NCBI GenBank assembly: GCA_035547425.1 | Contig: DASZUU010000050.1 | Location: 26,645 to 90,644 of the forward strand | Length of the DNA stretch: 64,000 nt | Source of the DNA: Alloacidobacterium sp. | Lineage (GTDB): Bacteria; Acidobacteriota; Terriglobia; Terriglobales; Acidobacteriaceae | Direction of reading: 5' to 3' | In this document: positions 53,154 to 62,663 of the stretch, piece after piece | Position numbering within the stretch: the stretch's first letter is position 1 | Layout: every line of letters starts with the position of its first letter | The notes under the pieces: generated by a model | What the model was told of the DNA's origin: nothing | The model's input: the letters and a program-made list of their open reading frames with translations, nothing else | Databases searched by the model: none | Position numbers and translations under genes: made by a program

Positions 53154-53165
53154 ACAACCGATTGT
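53154..53165. promoter_or_regulatory. Candidate LacI-family operator
   Basis: ACAACCGATTGT, a CG-centred palindrome in the divergent TonB/GH30 promoter region. Confidence 0.5.
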
Positions 53166-53305
53166 TTAAAAACGATATTCCGGCGAACAGTTGTAAATGA
53201 AAACAACTTATGTATATGCTTGTCAAGCAAATTATTTCCTGACGCCTTTCAGGCAAACCTTTGTCTAAGAGGTTATAGATTCGGGAGTTTGAGAGGCCCA
53301 TCATC

Positions 53306-54718
53306 ATGGATCACACGAATCGCCGCACCTTTCTAAAGCTCGCAGCCCTGACTGCTTCGGCAACATTTACAGTTCGCGCCTTCCCTGATACATCGACCAG
53401 GCCAGCGGGAGTTCGAGCCTGGCGCACTACAGATAAACAGCGTTTTGCAGCTATCGGAGCTCCGGAATGGAGGGAAAACGAGGCAATCTCAGCGATGAGT
53501 ATTCGGCTTGACCCGGATCAGCGCTATCAGCAAATCCTGGGATTTGGCGCAGCGCTGACAGACGCTTCCTGTTATCTACTGGAACAGCTCGATCCGGCAA
53601 AACGCAAAGCATTGCTTGAGGAGTGCTTTGGTGCATCCGGTTTGCGCATGTCCGTGGCGCGAACGACTATCGGCTCGAGCGACTATTCACTGAACGCTTA
53701 TACCTACGATGACACGCAACAACCTGATCCAGACCTGAAGCACTTCAGCATCGATCACGATCGCAAATATATACTTCCAGTGCTGCAGGAAGCGCAACGG
53801 GTAAATCCTGACCTGTTCTACTTTTCCTCACCATGGAGCCCGCCCGCATGGATGAAGGCTGGAAACACGCTTCTCGGCGGCTCAATGCGCAATCGATATT
53901 TTGCTTCTTATGCGCAATATTTTGTGAAGTTTCTTCAGGAATATGCAGCCAGCGGAGTGAAAATACGCGCGGTTACTGTCCAAAACGAAGTCGATACAGA
54001 TCAGGATGGAAGAATGCCGCAGGCTCTATGGGGGCAGGAATACGAGATGGCTTTTGTAAAAGAACATCTTGGACCTGCCCTTCAGAAAAACCGTTTAGAT
54101 ACAAAGATATGGATTATCGATCACAACTATAACCTTTGGGGCAGGGCTGTCGATGAACTGAGCGATCCGGATGTCTACAAATATGTAGACGGCGTCGCGT
54201 GGCATGGATACTACGGACCGCCATCGGCGATGACTCGTGTTCACGATATGTTTCCAGATAAAAATGCATATTGGACAGAAGGTGGCCCTGACTATAAATC
54301 GCCGGATTACGCTACGGATTGGGCTAAATGGTCCAGCACATTCACGGGAATTCTGCGCAACTGGGCGCGCTGTATCGTAAGTTGGAACCTGGTATTAGAT
54401 GAAAATGGCAAGCCTAATATTGGCCCCTTCGATTGTGGCGGTGTAGTGACACTAAATTCAAAGACTCAAGAGATCACGCGTAGCGGTCAATACTGGGCTT
54501 TCGCGCATTATTCGAAAGTAATAAAACCAGGAGCCTATGTGATTGCATCATGGGGGGAGCTAAAAGGCATTGAACACATTGCGTTGAAAAACCCCGATGG
54601 CAGCCATGTTTTGATTCTTACCAATACCGGCAGCGAGCAGACATTGCAATGCGCATTGCATCAGAAGTCGCTATCTGTCACCGTACCTCCAGATTCAGTG
54701 ACGACTCTTACCTGGTAA
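53306..54718 (+). CDS. Glycoside hydrolase family 30 (Tat-exported; GH30_3 beta-1,6-glucanase-like)
   Basis: NRRTFLK Tat signal, GFGAALT, VQNE (acid/base), WTEG (nucleophile), DHNYN. Confidence 0.88.
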   Translation: MDHTNRRTFLKLAALTASATFTVRAFPDTSTRPAGVRAWRTTDKQRFAAIGAPEWRENEAISAMSIRLDPDQRYQQILGFGAALTDASCYLLEQLDPAKRKALLEECFGASGLRMSVARTTIGSSDYSLNAYTYDDTQQPDPDLKHFSIDHDRKYILPVLQEAQRVNPDLFYFSSPWSPPAWMKAGNTLLGGSMRNRYFASYAQYFVKFLQEYAASGVKIRAVTVQNEVDTDQDGRMPQALWGQEYEMAFVKEHLGPALQKNRLDTKIWIIDHNYNLWGRAVDELSDPDVYKYVDGVAWHGYYGPPSAMTRVHDMFPDKNAYWTEGGPDYKSPDYATDWAKWSSTFTGILRNWARCIVSWNLVLDENGKPNIGPFDCGGVVTLNSKTQEITRSGQYWAFAHYSKVIKPGAYVIASWGELKGIEHIALKNPDGSHVLILTNTGSEQTLQCALHQKSLSVTVPPDSVTTLTW

Positions 54719-54722
54719 AAAA

Positions 54723-55802
54723 TCAGCGCAGATTCTTTCGCGAGGAGCGCTGCGCTGATACTTTCTTCTCTTTACTCGGAGGGGCGGTCGATTCTCTTAC
54801 GACGAGCCGGGGTTTCACTGCCACTTCTTCGGAAGAAACAGATTTCTGCTGTAAGCGCTCCAGGAGGAGTTTCGCGGCCAGTTTTCCCATCTCATGCAGA
54901 GGCTGCCGGATAGTAGTGAGACTTGGGGTCTGGAATCCAGCCTGCGGCACATCATCGAAACCAATCACGGAAATATCATTCGGCACCCGAAGCCCCGCAT
55001 CATGCAATGCTCGAATAGCGCCTATCGCGGCCATATCATTGAAGCAGGCGATCGCGGTGAAGCGCTGATGATTAGCCAGCAACTGCTGCACCACCGGGTA
55101 TCCCAGCTCGGGAGATGTCAGATCTTTGGTAAGTTGGATTGTCAGTTCGGGACGAACAACCAATCCTAAGTCGCGCGCTACTTTTACCATTGCCTGCCAG
55201 CGCACATCCGAGTCGGAGCTGTATGGTTGTCCACGCATAAAAGCAATTGTGCGATGACCAAGATCATAAAGATGGCGCACTGAAAGCTCGGCAGCAGCAT
55301 TGTGATCAAGAACGACATTCGTAACATCCTTGATTTTGCTGTGCCCCGCGACAGCGATAGCCGGGACACCCAGCTTATGACCCAGGTGCGTATCAATAGC
55401 GATAATTCCCTCTGCCCCGCGGCTTACCAGCATATGTGGGTATTGTTCAATAAGGTCAGCACGATGCCGATGATGCGCGATGAAATAGAAATAATTTTCT
55501 TCGAGAAGATGATCTCCAATTCCACTCATCACTTCTGTGTGATATCCGTCTGCCAATACAGGAACAAGAATGCCGATGGTCATCGTCCGGCGGTTTCTCA
55601 GGGAGCGGGCGACGAAGCTGGGCTGGTAATTGAATTTTCGCGCCGCCGAACGAATACGTTCCCTTGTTGCCTCTGGAATCGATCGGCCAGGCACGTTATT
55701 CAGCACTACAGAAACAGTGGCTGGATCGAGGTTTAAATGTGACGCCAGAACCTTCAATGTCACAGGTTCGGCGGAATGGTCTGTTTCTCTCTTCTTACTC
55801 AT
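54723..55802 (-). CDS. LacI family transcriptional regulator
   Basis: TLKVLASHLNLDPATVSVVLN HTH, GFDD, PSLTTIRQP. Confidence 0.93.
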   Translation of the reverse strand: MSKKRETDHSAEPVTLKVLASHLNLDPATVSVVLNNVPGRSIPEATRERIRSAARKFNYQPSFVARSLRNRRTMTIGILVPVLADGYHTEVMSGIGDHLLEENYFYFIAHHRHRADLIEQYPHMLVSRGAEGIIAIDTHLGHKLGVPAIAVAGHSKIKDVTNVVLDHNAAAELSVRHLYDLGHRTIAFMRGQPYSSDSDVRWQAMVKVARDLGLVVRPELTIQLTKDLTSPELGYPVVQQLLANHQRFTAIACFNDMAAIGAIRALHDAGLRVPNDISVIGFDDVPQAGFQTPSLTTIRQPLHEMGKLAAKLLLERLQQKSVSSEEVAVKPRLVVRESTAPPSKEKKVSAQRSSRKNLR

Positions 55803-55954
55803 CAGGATTGACCGCTACCCCACACAAAGTCCAACTTTCTTTCAGCTTATCGTACAGCGGCAAATTCCCTCTTATGAGTACAAACATCATCTGCTCCCGC
55901 TCTGCTTCATTGGGCCAAAGCAGCGTGATGGGTGTCAAGATATTTATTAAATAA

Positions 55955-55966
55955 ACAAACGTTTGC
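55955..55966. promoter_or_regulatory. Candidate LacI-family operator upstream of the lacI-type gene
   Basis: ACAAACGTTTGC, same ACAANCGNTTG pattern as the 53154 site. Confidence 0.5.
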
Positions 55967-55981
55967 CTCATTAAGATAACT

Positions 55982-57214
55982 TCACAGCTGCAGGCGAACT
56001 TTACAGCGTGTTAAGGCCGCGGCAATCCCAAGCATAGCTATTGTGAAGACAACGGATCGTATTACTCCATGCCACCCCATCGTCCAATGCTGCTCAAAAT
56101 ATGTAAGACCGATAGCGGAAACCGCGAAGTAGTAGAGATCCGGGAGTAGATATGTGAGTAAAGTATTAGCGCCTGCCGGATAGACAAAAAAGGCCCAGCG
56201 AATGTGCTTCTTCACATCGCAAATCCAATAAAGTAACGTAAACGACGCCACAGCTGCCGCAATGCTGTAGAGGCTCCATGTAGGAGTGGCGCGAATCTTG
56301 GAAATGCCGAGAGGTGTCAGCAGCTTACCGGCTATCAGCGAAATCGCTGCAAATCCTAACGCTAAAAATACTCTCCGGGGAAGATTTTGCCATCTATATT
56401 CGCCCAGGAAGATCACCGAGGTGACGATGCCGGCCATGGTAATCGACGCCATGGCCCCGCTATCCAAGGGCCAGATATAAAGCGGTAAATGCTTCGGCAG
56501 CACTATCCATTTGTCTACACATAAGGCGTTGAAGGTGACTAGCGCGATTAACCATATCAACGGGCTCCATAGCCAGCGCCGGGTAGAAATATAGAGGACT
56601 GAAACGGCGAAATAGGTGTAACCGATCAAACCCAATATCTCAGGGTAGGAGCCGTCAATCCATCCGGGATCGCCTGTGGGCGTTGTGCGGCGAAAGATGG
56701 CGTACATAAAGATGACTATGGCGAGGCCGATGACGCGGAGCAGTCGGTGCGCTACCGCCCTCGGTTCCGGGCCGGTGTACACACTGAGGTACAGCACTGC
56801 GCCGGAGAGCGCAATGAGCGCCCAGACGCTGCCGCTTATGCCCATCCGGGCTGGATCGGCCTTTTCGGCATTTGCCAGGATGAGCCCAAGAACGATGAGG
56901 CTGGCGGACCTGACAATGACATGCCACCATAATCCGCGTACAGTTCCTTTCTTTAGCCGCTGCCTGAAAGCGAGCGGCATCGAGAGACCGATGATGAAGA
57001 GGAAGAAAGGATAGACCATGTCTACGTAGGTCATGGCATCCTGACTGGCCTTGGCATGGTAGGTCCACCATGGAAGGCCGTGAACGCTGGCCAGGTCGTT
57101 GACGAAGATCATGACCGCAATCGTAAGCCCGCGGAAGATGTCGATGGAGGCTAGGCGGGGTGCTGAAGGTTTCTTTATCGTCGCAGAGGAAGGTATTGCT
57201 GCCATAGTTGTCAC
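55982..57214 (-). CDS. HGSNAT-like / DUF5009 (NagX-like) membrane acyltransferase
   Basis: RLASIDIFRGLTI, TYVDMVYPFFLFIIG, GISKIRATP; multi-TM. Confidence 0.85.
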   Translation of the reverse strand: MTTMAAIPSSATIKKPSAPRLASIDIFRGLTIAVMIFVNDLASVHGLPWWTYHAKASQDAMTYVDMVYPFFLFIIGLSMPLAFRQRLKKGTVRGLWWHVIVRSASLIVLGLILANAEKADPARMGISGSVWALIALSGAVLYLSVYTGPEPRAVAHRLLRVIGLAIVIFMYAIFRRTTPTGDPGWIDGSYPEILGLIGYTYFAVSVLYISTRRWLWSPLIWLIALVTFNALCVDKWIVLPKHLPLYIWPLDSGAMASITMAGIVTSVIFLGEYRWQNLPRRVFLALGFAAISLIAGKLLTPLGISKIRATPTWSLYSIAAAVASFTLLYWICDVKKHIRWAFFVYPAGANTLLTYLLPDLYYFAVSAIGLTYFEQHWTMGWHGVIRSVVFTIAMLGIAAALTRCKVRLQL

Positions 57215-58395
57215 TGGGGGCCACCTTGTGTCGAGGGAGTGGGCTGCAGCAGGCCGGCATCGATGGTGTCCAGCAGCGTGCCGGAAGGATCATCGGCATA
57301 GTCCCAGAACATGATGCCTCCCAGGTTATGCTCGATTACATAGGTACACTTCAACCGGAGCGATTCCGTGTCTTCGTAGGAGACGAACGTCTTCTGCGCG
57401 GGACTGTAGAGGTATGGTACGGATGAGGCTGCATCCCAATACCGGTTAAAGCCGTGACCCAGCATTCCGGCGGTGATGCTGCTGTAGGAGGCAAAGGCAT
57501 TGGGAACAGGCTTGCCTGGCTGATAGAGGCCGTTGCTTGCGGCCGGCACATCTCCCCAAACATGGCCGTAGAAGGGCACACCGAGTATGATCCTGGCGGC
57601 GGGCACACCTGCCTTCTCGAAGTCCCGGACAGACTGATCGACTGATATCTTCTTGGGGTCTGCGGGATTGGTGTAGAGCGGGGCGTGATGGCCAGTGATC
57701 TTGTCGGAGTCAGGCTCGTAGTAGTCGTAGGCCATCAAGTTGACCGTGTCTACATACTTCTGCACCTCTCCCATTTCCGTGTGGTCCAGAAACTCGCTGG
57801 ATGCTCCGGCGGCGATGGAGAGCAGCAGCTTACGGTGTCCGGTCTTCTCTTCGCGGTCGAAGCGATCTCGGAGCTCCTTCAGCAAAAGAGTGTAGTTGTG
57901 CTTATCTTCCGGGCGGAAGCGATTCCCGGCTCCGATGAGGCCGGGATATTCCCAGTCGATATCGAGGCCGTCGAGCTGGTACTTGCCGATGAATGCTACG
58001 ACGCTATCGATGAATTGTCGGCGGCTCTGCTTCGTGAGAGCCATGTCAGAGAAGTTCCCTGACCAAAGCCATCCGCCTACAGATACCAGCACTTTGAGCG
58101 AGGGATTCTGCTGCTTGAGCGCCACCAGCGTCGGGATGTTCTGCTCATCTTCCGGAAAGCCGTTCACGATTCGGCCATTCTGCAGGTTGGCGAAGGCATA
58201 GTTGATGCGCGTCAGCTTACGCGCTGCGACATCTCCGGGTTGAAGGCGTTGATGCTGCGGGAAGACATAGGCAATGACTTCGTGGCTCGCAGCGGCAAAG
58301 CTCCCTGCCGGCAGAAAGAGGCTCATCAGACAGGCTAAAAGAAGCGCAGGCTTGTACCGCAACGCGGTATTCAGTGAAGTTCCCTGTTGTCTCAA
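57211..58395 (-). CDS. GH18 chitinase
   Basis: INYAF, SVGGW, LDGLDIDWEYP (DxxDxDxE), LMAYD, IMFW; signal peptide. Confidence 0.94.
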   Translation of the reverse strand: MRQQGTSLNTALRYKPALLLACLMSLFLPAGSFAAASHEVIAYVFPQHQRLQPGDVAARKLTRINYAFANLQNGRIVNGFPEDEQNIPTLVALKQQNPSLKVLVSVGGWLWSGNFSDMALTKQSRRQFIDSVVAFIGKYQLDGLDIDWEYPGLIGAGNRFRPEDKHNYTLLLKELRDRFDREEKTGHRKLLLSIAAGASSEFLDHTEMGEVQKYVDTVNLMAYDYYEPDSDKITGHHAPLYTNPADPKKISVDQSVRDFEKAGVPAARIILGVPFYGHVWGDVPAASNGLYQPGKPVPNAFASYSSITAGMLGHGFNRYWDAASSVPYLYSPAQKTFVSYEDTESLRLKCTYVIEHNLGGIMFWDYADDPSGTLLDTIDAGLLQPTPSTQGGPQ

Positions 58396-58429
58396 GGTTC
58401 GCTCCCGTTAAGATTGCTAAATTATACGA

Positions 58430-60241
58430 ATGCGAACGCGGATTCCAGTTCTTCTATGCGCAGTATGGGTGGCAACGGCCTGTTTTGGACAAGTGCGCGT
58501 GCTGGTGGATCAGGTTGGTTATGAGGCTATGGCTCCGAAGCAGGCGCTGATCGAAGGCACATCCGGCGATCATCCACAGACGTTCGCTCTGGTCGATACC
58601 GAGACAGGACAGACTGTGCTCGATGGCAAGCTGACGGAAGCGGGCGAAGTGCATGCATGGAAGGGCCGCGTATTCTGGCTGGCGGACTTTTCGTCATGGC
58701 AGAAGACTGGACATTACGCGCTTAAGGTTGGCGAAGCATCTTCCTGCACATTCGACATCAATCATGATCTGCTGGAGCGCAGCACACTTTCCAACGTGAT
58801 CTATTACTTCAAAGGGCAGCGTTCGAGCGGGCTGATCGATCAGGCGGACAGGCATCTGCGGTTGCCGGATGGATCCGGATATGTGGATGCGCACGGCGGC
58901 TGGTATGACGCGACCGGCGATTACGGCATCCATCTCTCGCATCAGAATCTGACTTCGTACTTCAATCCGCAGCAGGTTCCGCTTACGGCATGGAGTTTGC
59001 TGAAGAGCTACCTCGTGCTGGTTTCGCGTCACGATGACAACTTCAGTGAATATGAGCGCCGTCTGCTGGACGAAGGGCTTTTTGGCGCGGACTTTCTGGT
59101 GCGCATCAAGCGTCCGAATGGGTCATTCTTCGAGAGCATTAACGGTCCGGGCAAAGATAAGCTGCCGCAGGATCGCGAGATCGGCAATCCGAACTGGCGC
59201 ACGCAGATCAAAACGAATGCGAATGACTCGACGGAGAAGCAACTGCGGATCACAGGACCGCATGTGTATGAGGCGAGCTTTCGGTCGGGCGGCGGCATGT
59301 CGATTGCAGCGCTGGCGCTGGCCAGCACGATGCCGGCGGAAGGCGATTTCCCTCGCAGCACATATTTGATGACGGCGGAAGATGCATTCGATTTTCTCGA
59401 CAAACATAATGCAGAACTGCTGAACGATGGTAAAGAGAATATCCTTGACGACTACTGCGCGCTGATGGCGGCCACGGAGCTGTATCGCGCGAGCAAGCTG
59501 CCGAAATACAGGGCGGCTGCCGATGCCCGCGCCGCGCACCTGATGGCCCGGCTTACCAGCGAGGGCCGTTTCCACGACTATTGGCGGGCTGACGATGGCT
59601 CGCGGCCTTACTTTCATCCTTCGGATGCGGGGCTTCCGGTGGTGAGCCTGCTGGAGTACGCGCAGGTTGCGGACTCGAATGCGAAGGCGAAGGTGCGTGA
59701 TGCGGTGAAGCGATCGTTGAGCTTCGAGCTTGCGGTTGCGTCTGAGGTGAACAATCCTTTCGGTTATGCGCGCCAACTGGTGCGCATGGGCGACGGCACG
59801 GTGAGGACGGCGTTTTTCTTTCCGCACGATACGGAGGCTGCTCCGTGGTGGCAGGGCGAGAATGCTCGGCTGGCTTCACTGGCGGCTGCGGCGCGCATGG
59901 CTGCACCCCTTTTCGATGATGATCCGGCATTCCAGAAGCAACTGGAGCAGTATGCGTGGAACCAGCTGCATTGGATTCTGGGGCGGAATCCGTTCGATGC
60001 AAGCATGCTGATGGGGAGCGGCCACGGCAATGCTCCTTATATGTTCTTCAACTCTTATAAGTACACCAGTGCTCCGGGAGCGATCATCAACGGCATCACG
60101 GCTGCTTCAGACGACGAGGACGGCATTGCCTTCAATGAGGGCTATGCGGTGACAGGCAAGGATGATGATTGGCGGTGGACTGAGCAGTGGCTTCCTCATG
60201 CGGCCTGGTACTTGTATGCCGTGAGCCTGCCGCATCGATAA
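58430..60241 (+). CDS. GH9 glycoside hydrolase, exo-beta-glucosaminidase-like subgroup
   Basis: Signal peptide, YYFKGQR, GGWYDATGD, WILGRNPFD, WRWTEQWLPH. Confidence 0.82.
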   Translation: MRTRIPVLLCAVWVATACFGQVRVLVDQVGYEAMAPKQALIEGTSGDHPQTFALVDTETGQTVLDGKLTEAGEVHAWKGRVFWLADFSSWQKTGHYALKVGEASSCTFDINHDLLERSTLSNVIYYFKGQRSSGLIDQADRHLRLPDGSGYVDAHGGWYDATGDYGIHLSHQNLTSYFNPQQVPLTAWSLLKSYLVLVSRHDDNFSEYERRLLDEGLFGADFLVRIKRPNGSFFESINGPGKDKLPQDREIGNPNWRTQIKTNANDSTEKQLRITGPHVYEASFRSGGGMSIAALALASTMPAEGDFPRSTYLMTAEDAFDFLDKHNAELLNDGKENILDDYCALMAATELYRASKLPKYRAAADARAAHLMARLTSEGRFHDYWRADDGSRPYFHPSDAGLPVVSLLEYAQVADSNAKAKVRDAVKRSLSFELAVASEVNNPFGYARQLVRMGDGTVRTAFFFPHDTEAAPWWQGENARLASLAAAARMAAPLFDDDPAFQKQLEQYAWNQLHWILGRNPFDASMLMGSGHGNAPYMFFNSYKYTSAPGAIINGITAASDDEDGIAFNEGYAVTGKDDDWRWTEQWLPHAAWYLYAVSLPHR

Positions 60242-60428
60242 GAGTATCCCCCTCCTCTCTGCATTTTTCTCCCTTCATTTGTTTTCAATAGTCTAGCGGG
60301 ATCAATTTCCCTGCTATCTTGTTGATTCTGTTTACGTTAGCAGATTCTAGCGTTGGCCTCTCGGCACGTTTTCGGGGACGGATTTCTGAAGGCCGGAACG
60401 AGGACCGACGTGTTCCGGCCTTCGTGAT

Positions 60429-61181
60429 TTACATGGCAACGGCGAGAAAGCGGAGGCGTACGTAATCGGCAGTCCATTTGCCGAGATCATCGCAAAGGAC
60501 GGGCTTGAGCAAATGTACCGATGCGTCTAAAGCAGATTCGCGTTCGGCTGACGGAAGCTGCTCAAAGAGTCCGCGGCGGAAGGTTTCGAGCCAGCCGCGC
60601 ATGCCGGTTTCGGGCAGCGGCGTGGGGCGCGGGATCAACTCAATGTAATGCACATCGAAGCCATGATGGCGGAGGCGCGCCTCGTATGCGGCTGGAGTTG
60701 GGAAATAGTTGTGCTCGACCTCGACGGCATTGATTCCATATTTTGCAAAGACGGCAAGCAAAGCGACTTGAATGGCGGCAATGTTTCCGTGTCCTCCCAT
60801 TTCGGCAACGAAGCGGCCGCCCGGCTTGAGCGCGCGATGCACGCCGGCAAGAACCGTGTCCTGGTTGCGCATCCAGTGCAGAGCAGCATTGGAGAAGACG
60901 GCATCGAATTCATGATCGAAGTCGAGCGCGTCGGCGCTCATTATTTGGGCGTCGATGCCCTGCGCCTGCGCGGCGGCAACCATGCTGGCGGAGCTATCGA
61001 TACCTCTGACGCGCGCTCCTGCGGCTGCAAGCTTTGCAGTGAGAGCGCCGTCGCCACAGCCGAGGTCGAGAATACGCTCATTGGGTCGAGGATCGAGGAG
61101 ATCGACGACACCTCCGGCGAGATCGGCTACGAAACGTCCATTCCGCGCATATTGAGTTGCGTTCCATGTTTGCTCTGTCAT
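60429..61181 (-). CDS. Class I SAM-dependent methyltransferase
   Basis: ILDLGCGDG, FDAVFSNAALHWM, ADYVRLR. Confidence 0.92.
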   Translation of the reverse strand: MTEQTWNATQYARNGRFVADLAGGVVDLLDPRPNERILDLGCGDGALTAKLAAAGARVRGIDSSASMVAAAQAQGIDAQIMSADALDFDHEFDAVFSNAALHWMRNQDTVLAGVHRALKPGGRFVAEMGGHGNIAAIQVALLAVFAKYGINAVEVEHNYFPTPAAYEARLRHHGFDVHYIELIPRPTPLPETGMRGWLETFRRGLFEQLPSAERESALDASVHLLKPVLCDDLGKWTADYVRLRFLAVAM

Positions 61182-61213
61182 GGGTTCATTGTAGATTGAA
61201 TCGGATTTTTATC

Positions 61214-61243
61214 TTTGTGGCTTCGCTCAGGGGCTCAGAATGG
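61214..61243 (-). repeat. Degenerate REP-like element
   Basis: Reverse complement reads cattctgagcccctgagcgaagccacaaa, sharing ctgagcgaag and aagccacaaa with the 40.3-kb copies. Confidence 0.5.
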
Positions 61244-61257
61244 GTGACCCGGTTTTT

Positions 61258-61950
61258 CTAAACCCGTAATGTGCGGCGCTCGATCAGTTTCTGGTAGCGC
61301 TCGCCTTTGAGGATGCGCTTGACGTAGATGCCCGGGGTGATGATGTGGTCGGGATCAATCTGGCCGGGCTCTACCAACTCCTCCACTTCGGCGATGGTGA
61401 TTTTTGCGGCGGTTGCCATCATCGGGTTGAAGTTGCGCGCGGTCTTGCGATAGACGAGGTTTCCGGCAGTATCGCCTTTCCATGCCTTGATAAGCGCAAA
61501 GTCGGCTTTCAGCCAGCGTTCCAAAATGTAGGGACGACCATCAAACTCACGTGTATCTTTACCTTCAGCCACGAGTGTACCGACGCCTGCGGGTGTGTAG
61601 AAGGCGGGGATTCCGGCGCCGCCTGCGCGGATGCGCTCGGCGAGGGTGCCCTGAGGAACGAGGTTGAGGTTCAGCTCGCCGCGCAAGACTTTGCTTTCGA
61701 GGAGCTTGTTTTCGCCTACATAACTGCCGGTATGTGAGGCGATCATATTTTTTTCCAGCATGCGGCCCATGCCGAAACCGTCAACGCCCATGTTGTTGCT
61801 GATAGTATGCAGGCCGCTGATATCGCGGCGCACAAGCGCTTCGATAAGATTTTCGGGAATGCCGCAGAGGCCAAAGCCGCCGATCATGATGGTTGCGCCG
61901 CTGGGGATGTCTTTGACGGCCTCATCGGAGCTTGCAACAACTTTTTTCAA
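61258..61950 (-). CDS. scoA: 3-oxoacid CoA-transferase subunit A
   Basis: GGFGLCGIPENLI, ISNNMG, PQGTLAERIRAGGAGIPAF; TTG start with GGAG SD. Confidence 0.93.
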   Translation of the reverse strand: MKKVVASSDEAVKDIPSGATIMIGGFGLCGIPENLIEALVRRDISGLHTISNNMGVDGFGMGRMLEKNMIASHTGSYVGENKLLESKVLRGELNLNLVPQGTLAERIRAGGAGIPAFYTPAGVGTLVAEGKDTREFDGRPYILERWLKADFALIKAWKGDTAGNLVYRKTARNFNPMMATAAKITIAEVEELVEPGQIDPDHIITPGIYVKRILKGERYQKLIERRTLRV

Positions 61951-62112
61951 ACTGTTCTCTCCTGCGATGCTAAAGCACGGAGCAGGATACTCGAATGGTT
62001 GCCGATACGCCAAGCGCAGCAGATTTAGCGTGTATGGCAAATTGATCTTCACAAACACAGCGGTTTGTGCGGTACGATGAACATCGTACCTGGATCATTG
62101 GAGGATAAGGAA

Positions 62113-62514
62113 ATGCTGAAGGGGTTTCGTGATTTTATTCTGCGGGGCAATGTCGTGGATCTGGCCGTGGCGGTGGTGATTGGCGCAGCCTTTACCGGCA
62201 TCGTCAACTCATTGGTCAAAGACATCATCAATCCACTGATTGCGGCTATTTTCAAGAAGCCGGATTTTTCCTATCTCGTCCTGGAGATTAACGGCGGTAA
62301 AATTACTTACGGCAATTTTTTGAACCAGCTGATCTCGTTCCTGCTGATCGCTGCCTCTGTGTATTTTCTGTTTGTGCTTCCGGTAAACAAGCTGATGGCG
62401 CGCTTCTTTCCTGCGAAGGCCGAGCCGCCGAAGACGCATCCATGCCCGCAATGCCTCAGCGATATTCCGCTGGAAGCGAAGCGGTGCTCGCATTGTGCGC
62501 AGCTGGTGGCTTAA
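62113..62514 (+). CDS. mscL: Large-conductance mechanosensitive channel with C-terminal CxxC-CxxC
   Basis: FRDFILRGNVVDLAVAVVIGAAF, YGNFL; C-tail CPQC...CSHC. Confidence 0.95.
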   Translation: MLKGFRDFILRGNVVDLAVAVVIGAAFTGIVNSLVKDIINPLIAAIFKKPDFSYLVLEINGGKITYGNFLNQLISFLLIAASVYFLFVLPVNKLMARFFPAKAEPPKTHPCPQCLSDIPLEAKRCSHCAQLVA

Positions 62515-62663
62515 GTCTGCACGACGATTCGGTTTGTGCGCGGCATAGCGTCCGCGCACTATTGTTTTTGCGGCCATTGCAGTATCTTTTGATTTTTGTC
62601 AACTGGGCGACATTATTTGCAGGTACAGTATCACGATAACCATTTATTTATGGAGGAATCCCG

